Shown piece after piece: positions 1 to 12,000 of a stretch of 64,000 bases of DNA (position 1 is its first letter; each line of letters starts with the position of its first letter). The DNA comes from Albugo candida (Eukaryota): contig JBDOQK010000030.1 in assembly GCA_040437565.1 (NCBI GenBank), forward strand, positions 310,001 through 374,000, given 5' to 3'. The notes beneath the pieces are model-generated. The model had not been told where the DNA came from, did no database searches, and was given only the letters and a program-made list of their open reading frames with translations. Position numbers and translations under genes: made by a program.

Positions 1-432
1 GTGTTTCGATGACTTTTGACTTTTGTATGACATAGAGCAGTGCAAATGACGATAGGAAACGAGCGAATGTTCTCTGAAAGTATCATTGAGATCATGAGGG
101 AAAGAAGAGCTTCCACCATCATCGCATTGAGTAATGTCGGATAAAAGTGATAAAAACGAGATTTCATCGACAAAATCGGGGCTCTCGTCACTGTCTCGAC
201 ATTGTATTGGACTGTCACGTCCGGACGTGAAAAAGGCGTTCAGCGATGTTACCGAATCCTTAGACGACGCTACTGTGGAAATAAACGAACTTTTGCTGTT
301 AAGTCGCTTTTCTAAGTACTTGTACTCGTCCAATTCCGAGTCGTGTGGCTCCAGTTCTTTTGTACACTCTTCTGACTTTAGTGTTCGCGCAACCTTGCGT
401 CTAAACGACTTTGTACGGTGGATGAAATCCAT
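1..432 (-). CDS. 5' part of an unidentified protein running off the window edge (MDFIHRTKSFRRKVARTLKSEECTKELEPHDSELDEY...)
   Basis: Manual translation: ATG at 432 and 144 open codons to position 1. It is absent from the ORF track because no stop lies in the window. The + strand ORF 134..538 looks like its antisense shadow. Confidence 0.65.
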   Translation of the reverse strand, partial: MDFIHRTKSFRRKVARTLKSEECTKELEPHDSELDEYKYLEKRLNSKSSFISTVASSKDSVTSLNAFFTSGRDSPIQCRDSDESPDFVDEISFLSLLSDITQCDDGGSSSFPHDLNDTFREHSLVSYRHLHCSMSYKSQKSSKH

Positions 433-837
433 ACTCTTTAAATGTACAATAAGAAGGTGGTTCTCAACACGGTGTAATAATTTGTATACTCTCAAACAGT
501 GTATTAGATACGCGCTGCGAATTAGATACGGCTGTTAGGTTCCGTGTCAGCCACGCACCTCTATTGTGACTGACGTGTATTGCTTACTGACACTTCTTCT
601 TTCTTCTCTATGTGAGAATTCAGCTCTAAAAGTAGACAGTGCGGACGCTAACCCTTTCAGCGTTGTACGCCACCAAAGTTTCGAGCCTCTTTTATTTTAG
701 AATTTGTATAAATAACCTCATTTCGCTCTGAGTTGACCTCTATCAACCAATCCAAACGCTTTCTTAGTCACTCTCTAAGAATAACGCTCGCACGTGGTAT
801 CAGAAATTTTGTGCTGTGAGTAATTACGACGAATTCT

Positions 838-2605
838 ATGAACGACAGCGAAAGCAGTCCGTTACTTTCACCACCACGTTTTAGTGAGTATGTAAAGGTG
901 TCTTCGATCGAGGAAGACAGGTCGACTCGTACTCAATCCGTTCCGGCACGCAAAAACGTCAGTTCTAATTGGTCAAATTGTTAGTATTTCATGTTGCCTT
1001 CATCGTGGCACTTGATCACCTTTCTATATTGATGTAGTATCTTTTCGACCGATTCAATTTATTTTTCTTGTAGCTATTCTCGTTGGCGTGTTTATCTTTG
1101 CGCTACTTCGGTACACAGATTACCAACGATCGATTGATCCGCTTAGGATCATTGCTTCCAATACGTATTTCGATACGTCCAAGCTAAATTGGAGCGAAGA
1201 ATGGATCACACAGCGTGTGGATCATTTCTCATGGCCATCCACCTACACTAGCTCTCAAGCTCCGTTATTTTATAAACAACGATACTTGATAAATAATCGA
1301 ACATGGGATCCCAATGACCCGAAAGCTCCTATTTTTTTCTACACTGGAAACGAGGCGTCCGATGTGACTCTGTATGCCAACCATACTGGACTCATGTGGG
1401 AGTATGCATCTCATTTTAAAGCGCTCATTGTTTTTGCCGAGCATCGATTCTATGGCCTCTCACAACCGTTTAACTCGTCACAATTAATACCCTCCCAATT
1501 ACGTTATCTATCTCACGAGCAAGCAGTTGCAGATTACGCTGTTCTCTTGAAACACATCCAAGACCGCTTCCATGGAGAACGACATCCTGTGATTGCGTTT
1601 GGTGGAAGCTACGGAGGGATGCTATCGGCCTGGTTTCGGATCAAATATCCGGGTATCGTCCATGGTGCAATAGCTTCCTCGGCCCCCATCTTTGGCTTCC
1701 CTGAAGGCTACCCCACTATCAATGTATCCGACTATTGGAAAATCGTGACACAAAATGCTCAAATCGCTGCTGGATCGGCTGCAAATTGCGTCGAAAATGT
1801 TCGTGAGGCCTGGAGTGTACTCTTTTCATTGGCGGAAACGGTATCTGGACGATCCCAATTGGCTAAAATATTCCATACATGTGGACCGCTTGAAAATATA
1901 TCGGACGTCCATCACCTTGCGCTCTGGTCATTGAATGCATTCAGTGTTTTGTCAATGGGAAATTATCCATACCCATCTGCCTACCTGAGCAACGGAAAAG
2001 CCGAGCTTCCAGCATGGCCCATGCACTCTGCTTGTTCCTTCCTCGCGGACCAGCATCCTGACCCAATTACGCTCGTCTCCTCGCTCTTCCGAGCTGTCAG
2101 TGTGCTGTACAATGCAACAAAGCAAATGGAATGTGTGAATGTCCCAAGAAACATGCAGTCGATCGATGGAATTTGGGACTTTCATTATTGTACGGAAATG
2201 CTACCACAGGAAACGTACTTTAGCTCCAACGGTATAACTGATATGTTTTGGAATCGCACTGTTACTATGACATTCGTGCGACAACACTGCGAGCGTGTAT
2301 GGGGCACAGTACCTGACCCGGAATTCATTCGGATTTTGTATGGCGATGCTTCAAGTCTTTTATCTGCGGCTTCCAACATTGTATTTACCAATGGAATGCT
2401 AGACCCATGGCGTTGTTGTGGGGTAAAGAAATCTCCAGCCAGAAATAAAAGGATCAAAGTATTGAATATCGAAAAAGCAGCTCACCATTTGGATCTCTTT
2501 TTTCATCATTCGGACGACCCGAAAGCCGTCATTGACGCGCGATACGTACAAGTAAGCAACATTCGGAGTTGGATTGAAGAATTCTACTACATAACCACAA
2601 AATGA
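838..2605 (+). CDS. PRCP: Lysosomal Pro-X carboxypeptidase (peptidase S28)
   Basis: QRVDHF, PIFFYTGNE, AEHRFYG, catalytic GGSYGG (Ser), DPW (Asp) and AAHHLDL (His). The main exon follows an acceptor at ~1073 (ttcttgtag). The first exon from ATG 838 is tentative. Confidence 0.92.
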
Positions 2606-3043
2606 GTTGATATTACTGCAAGAGTTTATTTTCTTTCGAGGCGTTGAAGTTGTAACCATGCCGTGATACTATAAGAATTTATATCGAAGGATTATTTTGC
2701 AGCAGACTTTATCTTGATATGCTTTATTTCCTCTAGTAAGAAGGTAAAAGTGTACACAACTCCGTCTGACATAAATAAAAGCATCCGACGTAACGTGTTG
2801 TCGGAACGGTTTCACAATGTCTTCCACATATCAAATTAATTTCTTATTCAATCAAACACTCAAGTGCCGCTGAGGGAGAATGGATTCCTCCGACATGTCA
2901 ATCGATCGCCATTTGAGTCTTCAAGACTCAATTGTAACGATCAATTCGAGTATACAAAAGCAGATACAACGTACCTTTTCCTCAAAATCTTCAAAAAACG
3001 AAATTGCTACAGTGTCGTATAGGTATTTAGCCAATCGTTTGCA

Positions 3044-6000
3044 TTGATTTCATTCACGAGCTTGCGTCGTTCGATTAGGAGAGCCAATAAGTGCGTCGCA
3101 AGTCCTCGTTCTCGACAAAGTGAGGGAATCGAGACAGTTGAAGTATTAAGTGAATCCTCACAACCACTTACGAATGCTGGCATAGTTCTTTACAGTCCTC
3201 AACGACTCTCTCGAGTGCATGAGGAATCATATCCCTTATTAGAGGATTTTTCGATTGATTCTTTCTGGAAAGATGAAAACGCATTCGACGAACTCATTGA
3301 TTGTACCAAGCCGTGTTTCGTTCTGGAACGTACGCAATCGTTTTCAGACCTTTCCAACATCTCCTTTTCCTCACTCGAGTCGATGTGGTCTATCTCCTCA
3401 CCTAGTGCCGCCTCACCTCGCGACACAAAGTGGTCCTCTGAGAATAAAACCAACTCAAATATCTCTGATAATCAGCACACTCACGACTTGGATCAGACTC
3501 AACATAACGAACCCGCNNNNNNNNNNNNNNNNNNNNNNNNNNNNNNNNNNNNNNNNNNNNNNNNNNNNNNNNNNNNNNNNNNNNNNNNNNNNNNNNNNNN
3601 NNNNNNNNNNNNNNNNGAGGGAATCGAGACAGTTGAAGTATTAAGTGAATCCTCACAACCACTTACGAATGCTGGCATAGTTCTTTACAGTCCTCAACGA
3701 CTCTCTCGAGTGCATGAGGAATCATATCCCTTATTAGAGGATTTTTCGATTGATTCTTTCTGGAAAGATGAAAACGCATTCGACGAACTCATTGATTGTA
3801 CCAAGCCGTGTTTCGTTCTGGAACGTACGCAATCGTTTTCAGACCTTTCCAACATCTCCTTTTCCTCACTCGAGTCGATGTGGTCTATCTCCTCACCTAG
3901 TGCCGCCTCACCTCGCGACACAAAGTGGTCCTCTGAGAATAAAACCAACTCAAATATCTCTGATAATCAGCACACTCACGACTTGGATCAGACTCAACAT
4001 AACGAACCCGCGAGTATCACTCCAGATTCGAGACGATCCAATCAAGATCCAGAAACAAATCAATTAGCCAATCGCATCCGCGATCAAGCGATCCAAGAGC
4101 TTTACGAGACGGAAGCGTCTTATATTCGAGATTTGTGCATGCTTCATGAATACTACATACTCCCACTCAGTGAAAACCGTCATTCAATTATGCAAAATCC
4201 ACAAATTGCAGTGTTATTCAATCACACACTTCAACTCATAACACTGCATCAAAAACTCCACAGCGATCTTCATGAGGTGATATCGAGTACGTGCAACTCG
4301 GTACCAGTGGAAGGCATAGGTGCGGTTTTTTGTCGGTATGTCGGCCTCTTCACGTTCCACGGCGCGTACGCGAAAGACTATGAACACGCACTGCATCTTT
4401 TCCAATCATATCGCAACGATCCAAAACTCGGATTCTCAGACTTCCTCAAAAGTTGCCGTGAGAGGATGAAATCCTCACAGGAGTTGGAGAGTCTCCTCAT
4501 CAAACCGATTCAGCGAGTACCGAGGTATAAACTCCTTTTAGAGCGTATCGCCAAGCACACAAATGCGCATCACGCCGATCATGCGTACCTGCAAGAAGCT
4601 GTCAATCGCGTCACTCAAGCAGCCATGCAAATGAACGCAACAGTAGCAGCTCAAGCTAATTTAGAGGCGATCTATGCGACACAACAGCGCTTTAAGGGAC
4701 ATATTTCCCTCATTCAACCAAATCGAAGACTCATAAAATCGGGTTACCTCATAAAAGTATCCACTCGCCGTAAAGAAAGCGTTTTCTTACATCTTTTCAA
4801 CGATTTATTACTTTACAGCGACCCGTTACTTACCGGCGATTTTCGTATCCGTCGAATTGTAGACCTCAATTCAAAAGCCGCTGGCGTCATTGCCACCGTC
4901 CCAGGGTCCCATCAAGCACTCTTATACTCCAAAACAAAATCCCTCACTCCGAATTGTGGTTTTGTCGTTACGAGTTTGAGTAAATCATTCCTTCTTTTCG
5001 CGCCAAATATCGCCCAACGATCCGAATGGGTCGAATGCATCCAATATGCGATACGAGAAGCTCAACGTCAAGCACACGGAGGAGCCGAAGGACCCAATGA
5101 CGCAGCAGCCCTATGGGTCCCTGATCGCGTCGCTGGATCCTGCACCGTATGCCACGCTCCATTCCGATTGTATTTCCGACGACATCACTGCCGAAGATGC
5201 GGCGTGGTCGTCTGTGGCAATTGCTCACGTCGAAAATCCATTCTGTTTGTCACACAGCCAACGATCACTCCACTTCAGGACCCAATGAACAATCCGATTC
5301 CGCGAAAAGAACGTGTCTGCAGTCGATGTTTCATTGTCCTCGATCTCGTGCGTCGTATCGCATTCCAATGGTACGAGAAAATCGTCCGATTCCGTGGAGT
5401 TCTCACGCGATACAAAGCTCAAAAATGGACATCGTATTCCATTGAAATCGCAGCCGATACGTTGAAACAGTACGCGCTGACGACACTTTTGATTTCGAAT
5501 GAAAGACAATTTTTGGATTCCATGTCGCTTCGAGGAGCAATTGCTCGGCATTCGCGTCACGCGGAAGTGCGTCGGGCGTATTGCTTCACAGTCGTTCCAT
5601 TGAAGACGGAAGAGCTTCCACAGAATGCGTGGATACTCGGCAGCAATTCGATCGACGAAACACGCGAATGGATGCACGCGCTTGAAAATGCGATTCTCAA
5701 AGCCTCACAGCGATTCGAATTGGCGCCGTTGTCGTCGAAATCGCTTGAAAATGGACGATTGAGTCAAGAGAATTCCGAGCTTCAGCGCTTACGTGTCGTT
5801 CGTAAAATCATCCGATCGGAAGAGTGCTATGTCACGTCTTTGAATGAATGCATTCGCCTCTTCATACAGCCTTTGCTTCTCCGTCGAATGGAAGGACAAA
5901 ATGTGCTTCAAAAGCGCCAAAAAGCCCGAAATCGATTGGGAACGAATGTCGCGACCACTTCTCACGACGCGGAACATAGCAACGTATCGATGGACCGGTA

Positions 6001-7880
6001 CAATCGATCGAGGCTTCGTGATGTCGGAGCTATGTTCACGTCACGCTCACGTACGTTCACAAGCGCTTGCGCGCATGACATCTCATGTTGGCTGTAGGAC
6101 ACTTTTCCTCACTCGATCGCGTGAAAAACAGCAGCAAAAGTCTTTTGACGCATTCCTTTTTCGAAAATGAATCCATTGGTCTTTTGGACGCCGAAATGGC
6201 TGTGTTCTTCAGCAGTATCGATCCTATTTGCACCTTGCATCAACAGCTCTTGGAACGACTTTCCTCGCACGTGAATGAGACCCAAGCGATGCCTCCACAG
6301 TTGCAGTCGTATTGCGTGGTAAGCGAATGACACGAACGATTCCATACGTTCTCATTTCGTTGTAGGGCGATATCCTCGTTGCGTATGCGCCTCTGTTTGA
6401 GCTGTACATTACATTTGCGTGTCGTCATGGCGCAGCGATGAAAACGATCGACTCGGCATCCTTTACCGCTTTTCTCAATGAGCTTTCGGCTGAAGCTTCG
6501 CTTCGAAGACTTGGAAGGTATCTCAGCATGCCGATGCATCAGCTTCCTCAGCTAAAGACACTTCTCCTCCAACTTTTGGACATCACGCCTCACGACCACG
6601 CGGACGCATCTTCGCTGAAGCTCGCATTACATCACGTCGACACCACCGCGAAAAAGATTGAAACCATTCTCTGTGAGTATGAGAATAAAGAAAAAGTGTC
6701 GGAATTCGCTGTGAAATTGGGCATCTCGCTCGGAAATCGCGTCTATGTGAAACACGGCCTTCTTCGCAAAGTATGTCGACGTCGCGTCAAGCAGTACACC
6801 TTCCTCTTACTTGGTGACGGTAATGTGCACTTTGTCATCGATTCTCTCATTCCCATGCCATTGTAGCGATTGTATTCATTCGCGATGGAGTGAGTTTGCG
6901 AAGAAAACCACATCTCATTGAGTTGTGGGAATGCAAAGTAGCGGACACGCCCGACGGCGTCACATCGATCCCTCCAATGCATCCAACGTGCGTGATGAGA
7001 TGTATCCATTCCAACATTCACGTCGTTTTCGTAGCGCGTTTTACTTTCTCTCCCCACAGAAATCGTTCATGGTGCTCGCCGAATCTGTTGCCAATAAAAA
7101 CGAATGGATCCAAGCAATTCGCAATTGTATCGCGAAAACCTTTGAAGCGCATCCTTCCGAGAATACGTGTCGAGAGCCAATGCGTCCATTGGAATGCATG
7201 TCGGATGTGCCTTTTGTGGTGAAAAACGGATGGCTCAATGTGACGGCGATGGGATGCCGAAAGGGACGACGACTTTGGATCACGTTGACGATGCAAACGT
7301 TTGCATTCTCAACTGCTTTCAAAGCCACACAACCGGATGAGAGTTTCGATATTGGATGTTGCATTGCATTGCCATTGAAATACGAGAAATTCTTTAGCGT
7401 TTCGGTGCATTTGGACGCAACCAAACAATCGGATGGGAAGCGTACATTCATTTTGGAGACACAATCGCTTGTCGATCGAAATGAATGGCTTCGGGCTTTG
7501 ATGCATTGTATTGGGAATATTGGAAGCTCGTCGACGTGCACGCGACATCACGCAATGGAATTGAGACGTCGAAGTGTGCATGTCGCTGTACTGGCGCCCA
7601 TTTTCATGTCCAATAAAGTGAGTAGTGTCTGTACGATTTGCAACCACACGTTCACAGTGTATCGGCCACGACACCATTGCCGGTACGTCCAGACGCTTTC
7701 CCATTCCATTCGATCGCTCATTCCATCGATAGATTCTGTGGGTGTCTCGTGTGTGGTCATTGCTCACGACAACGATGGAGTCTTGCGCGTAGTACGGCAT
7801 CGAAACCCTCGCGAATATGTGACGTCTGTGTGCACAATCTCACGGCTTCTAGCGCCCCGGTAATGGACGCACAACTGTGA
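3044..7880 (+). CDS. FGD-like multidomain protein: DH(RhoGEF)-PH-FYVE-PH-DH-PH-PH-FYVE
   Basis: DH1: ELYETEASYIRDL...LLIKPIQRVPRYKLLL. FYVE1: WVPD...CTVC...RRHHCRRCGVVVCGNCS...RVCSRC. DH2: IIRSEECYVTSL...YLSMPMHQLPQLKTLL. FYVE2: CTIC...PRHHCR|FCGCLVCGHCS...RICDVC. GT-AG introns at ~6051-6097, 6318-6366, 6820-6866, 6988-7034 and 7683-7732 join the ORF pieces. The start is uncertain, and 3122-3616 is a gap-associated duplication. Confidence 0.88.
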
Positions 7881-7947
7881 TCCTCGATTCGTCTCCGTGC
7901 AGTGGAAATGGCGCGTGAAAAACCACAAAAACGTCCAAAATCTTCAT

Positions 7948-9227
7948 TCAAAGCAGAATTTTGTACTTTTCGCTCGATGGAACCGTATGCATGTTCACAG
8001 ATCCATCGAACGACAACGACGCAAATCGCCACGAACCATTGGCAGCCCAATTGACACTGTACACACTTTGGCAGTGATCTTCGTACTGAGTGACTTTTGT
8101 GTCGGCGATATACGCTCCCGAAGCGGATTCATTCATAATGTCTTGTTCGTCCAAATCGATCAATGGAGCGGAAGATACCGACGGGATTCGCCATAGAGCA
8201 TACGATGCGTCCGTGCTGGAAGTGAGAAGCAATTGATCGTGGCAGCGATTGTACTGGACGCAGACAACCCAATGCGAATGTGCTGGTAGAGACAGTAGAG
8301 ATTGCTTGCATTGACGTAAATCCCAAAATTTAATCGTTCCGTCCTCGCCGCCACTCGCTAGACAATGCGCTTTGTTCGGATTGTAGTCAATGTCGTACAC
8401 TGTCGAAAGATGCGCGTTGGCGATTTTCATCGGTTTTCCATTCACACGGAAATCGATCGTTTCGATAGCACAGCCGCTTGCGTACGATATCACTTGTTCG
8501 TCGTGTGGATTCCAAGCAATGCTTTGGATCGGAGACTTGAGCGCATCGATGTCCACTTTGCAAGTCGATGAAAGCGTAAGATCCTCCGCGTCACGAATTG
8601 TCCATCTCTGAAGGGAATTCCCGCACACTACAGCAAGCGTCGACGGATCCACGACACTCCAAGCGACTCTGATGCAGAGATTCCGTCAACGACGCTCCTA
8701 CTATCGAGCTACGGACCTGGAAACGCCGACTGAATCGTGTTTTGAGAGAGAACAAAGGTGTGCGAGCGACGCGTTCTCGGAAGGGATATCCGTTGGAATC
8801 GCATTGTGTGACAAGTCCATTTTCCACAAATTCGCGTGTCGTTGCTTTCCGGACGGAAGAGCTACCGTAACGACCAAATTCGAGTCTTTTGGGTTTGCTG
8901 CGATTTGCGCCATAGGATCCGCGTGTTCGAACTGAGCGATGGGACGTATCGCATTGGATTCCTCATCGTATTCCACTACACAGAGCTGAGGGTTCACGTT
9001 GGATGCTGTCTGGAAGACGCGGAATAAGCTTTGTTTCCCTGACCTGGTTTTCGGTTTGTATCGTGCAAGTTCCAATCAAAAAGCGTACATGCTCGTTAGC
9101 ATCGGCAAGGGCATCCATACATCGCGCCTACAATCAATTTTCAGTGCAATCTGTCGACCCGTTGTGGAGATAAAAGCAAAAGAAATACTGCATTTCCAAC
9201 GGCAAAAAAGCAATCGTTTGGATCCAT
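7948..9227 (-). CDS. EIPR1: WD40 protein EIPR1/TSSC1 (EARP/GARP-interacting)
   Basis: C-terminus YEDHCQSVYSVNWA...FASLSFDG...VPSSEKYKILL and N-terminal ARCMDALAD..VRFLIGT..Q.ENQ|LCVVEYDEE match the TSSC1 family. Spliced model from ATG 9227 with about three short introns. Confidence 0.85.
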
Positions 9228-9267
9228 TTTCGACAGTCTTTTATTCGAGATATCACTGTACTATCAC

Positions 9268-10695
9268 ATGACGGAAGAGGTATCCATTTCGATCACTTTG
9301 GAGGCGATTGTACAAGCGGAAAACTTCAAAACGCAAGGAAATGAGTACCTCCAAAGTAAAGAGTACCTCCAAGCGATCGACTGCTATACAAACGCAATTG
9401 AATTGAATCCGGAAAATGCGATTTATTACAGTAATCGATCGGCGGCATTCCTCTCACTCGGAGACGCACGAAGCAAAGCGCTGCATGACGCGGAAAAATG
9501 CATACAATTAGATCCGATGTGGTGGAAAGGATACAGTCGAAAAGGAGCTGCGGAACACGCGCTCGGACGCTTTGACGACGCGCGCGCGACGTATTTGAAG
9601 GGATTACAAGTCGATCCCGAGAATGCATGCGGACTCGCGGAAGCTGCGGAACAAGTATACAAAGCGGGACAGGAACACCACAAGAGAATGAAGAAACTGC
9701 GTCCGCAACAACAGGAGAATGCGTGTTCTGTATCGACACAACCAATTGACACGGACGCTGTGATATCTCCGAAAAAAGACCCGGAAAATGATCTGATGAG
9801 CGAATTTATGTCGCAGGTTGAAGAGCTTGAAAATGGTAAACGGAGGAAAAAGCTGACAAGCAATACGGATTTTGGCACTTCAGAGGGGCAACTTGTGCGG
9901 CTTCTACAGCCACATTTTCAATGGATCAATTTGAATCCGTATCGGGTCCTCATGCTGGAGCCTGAGGCTACTGAAGACGATATCAAACAGCATTATCGAA
10001 AGGTAAGGCTCCGATATGCTGCGTCTTGTTTGGAAACTCATGCTTCACGATAGATCTCAACACTCGTTCATCCCGATAAATGTTTCCATCCTCAGGCTCG
10101 GGAAGCATTTGAAGGTTCGTACGACTCGAATTTCGCTATGGATTGACGCATTTTGTGTCGTTAGAAGTGAAGAAAGCGTACAACGTACTGCTCAACAACG
10201 ATCGACGTAAGACGTTTTCCCAATTGATTCAAACCACACGCACTCGAGTCGAGAAAGAGCATCGTCAAAAGCTTAAAAAAGGAGCTGTGGAGCTTGAGCC
10301 GTTGGATCAATCGATTGAAAAAGCTGTTCTGAAAGCATTTGCTGACATGGAAAAGAGAAGGTTAAACATACAAAAGCGGGAGGTTGCTCAACGTAGAAGA
10401 GAAGCGTTCCAGAATGAGGAGGAGGAACTCAAACTCACGGAAGGATTCAAACGAGAGAAATCTTGGGCGCAGGAAGATCGTCGTGAGAATCGTGTTGGAA
10501 ATTGGCGAGATTTCCAGAAAGTGAATAAACGTCGAAAGGAAGGCGATCTGCATTTCCGACAAGGCGATACTCGGGTACGTCAAAGACCAAACAGTGTGAT
10601 GAAAAGGATTGATGCTATAATGTGCGTGTTTCTAGGGCCATGATACGCAGAATGGAGTCGCAGATAATGAAGCGTACAAGAAAGCGTGGAGATAA
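9268..10695 (+). CDS. TPR domain fused to a DNAJC8/SPF31-like J-domain protein
   Basis: Three TPRs (FKTQGNE..YSNRSAA..KGYSRKG). These are followed by NLNPYRVL..IKQHYRK|ISTLVHPDK and the DNAJC8-like tail RENRVGNWRDF. Introns at ~10003-10053, 10114-10164 and 10576-10637; stop TAA at 10693-10695. Confidence 0.85.
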
Positions 10696-10718
10696 TAGCG
10701 TTGACAATCTTTCCGGTA

Positions 10719-12000
10719 TCACCAATCTTCCACTTCCATGCTTTCGCCTTGTTTGTTTTCCAGTTGATCTTGTATCGAGCGAGTAGAAGCATTATTCTCT
10801 GCTTGGAATGCGTCAAGAACTCTAACAGCATGTGCCCTCCCCATTCTGCTCCTTTCAAACAATCAACATTAGCGCGTAATCCCAAAACCAACAAATGCAC
10901 TGCACCCAAAAATCGATAAAATGGCCATTTCGGGCGCATTATCACAATGCTGAGAAGGTAAGACTATATATGTGTTTGTGAATTCTTGGAAATGCTTCAT
11001 TGTGTCCCCATTGTGTCCATGCATTTTTGACAGCAAGTACCGGGGAAGATGATAGTAACACACTTCAGAGAGATCGATATGACGCCTCATTACAAACTCT
11101 TGTTCCTTGTCTTCCACTTCCATATCGCTACAGTACATTTCCAGCGATTATATCACACACATCGCCTCAGCATTTCCAGTACCACTCTTGCTGAGTCTCT
11201 CTCTTCGACACATTGTCTGATTCCATCGCTTGACACTTGTGGAGACGTAATCTCTCCAATGCCAATGCATTCGGAAGGAATTCATTCCCGAGAAAGGAAT
11301 AGTCGATACAATGAGATCGAACCCATGCCGTTGTCAGCGTTTGACCTTGAAAAACTCGCTACTGCGGCACCTAAAGTGAGACTCCAACACACGATACAAC
11401 TGATAACGTACGCATTCGGCAATGTGATCGCGAAAGAGATCGTTTGTCACAATAAATCCATCATACTTGATCGCATAATCTATCACGTAATAGTCATCAT
11501 GTGCGTGCGAGGGCGTGAGCACTGCAGCGTCTTTGGCGATAAGCTGTTGGAGGAGCACGGCGTCGTTCCCACTCAAACTTGGCGATTTCGATGTGGAATG
11601 GAGCCAAAAATTGGGCGCAAAGGCCACACAGCGCGCAAAAGGGAAACGTTGCTGAAAAAAGTCTACGACACGTATTAGACGCGCGATAAGAATTCCTGTG
11701 GTGTGGAATGTGATGTTTGCAGCGTCCAATACGATCAAAAGCCCGTCACGTTTCTCTGGCGGAAATACTACCGACAGAGAGCTTTATGCGTTTGCGGAAA
11801 GTGTGAGGAAGGAAATTATGTGTTAGCGCGTTGCAGTGAAAGGAAACAACAAAGGAAACGCGTACCTGTTNNNNNNNNNNNNNNNNNNNNNNNNNNNNNN
11901 NNNNNNNNNNNNNNNNNNNNNNNNNNNNNNNNNNNNNNNNNNNNNNNNNNNNNNNNNNNNNNNNNNNNNNAAACAACAAAGGAAACGCGTACCTGTTCAT
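10719..12000 (-). CDS. Zc3h12a/Regnase-type NYN (PIN) ribonuclease with a C-terminal KH-like domain
   Basis: IVLDAANI, HDDYYVIDYA, IVTNDLFRD and YSFLGNEFLPN, with the catalytic Asp residues present. C-terminal LPRYLLSKMHGHNGDTMKHFQEFTNTYIVLP...LSIFG|SRMGRAHAVRVL is a GxxG KH pattern. The start at 12000 lies across a gap and is tentative. Confidence 0.8.

Noticed and set aside
134-538. 134-aa + strand ORF
   Set aside because: It is the antisense shadow of the minus-strand CDS starting at 432.
3122-4011. Apparent 131-aa internal repeat in the 1017-aa RhoGEF ORF
   Set aside because: An identical 395-bp sequence flanks a 100-N gap. 395+100 happens to be divisible by 3, so this is an assembly overlap and not a protein repeat.
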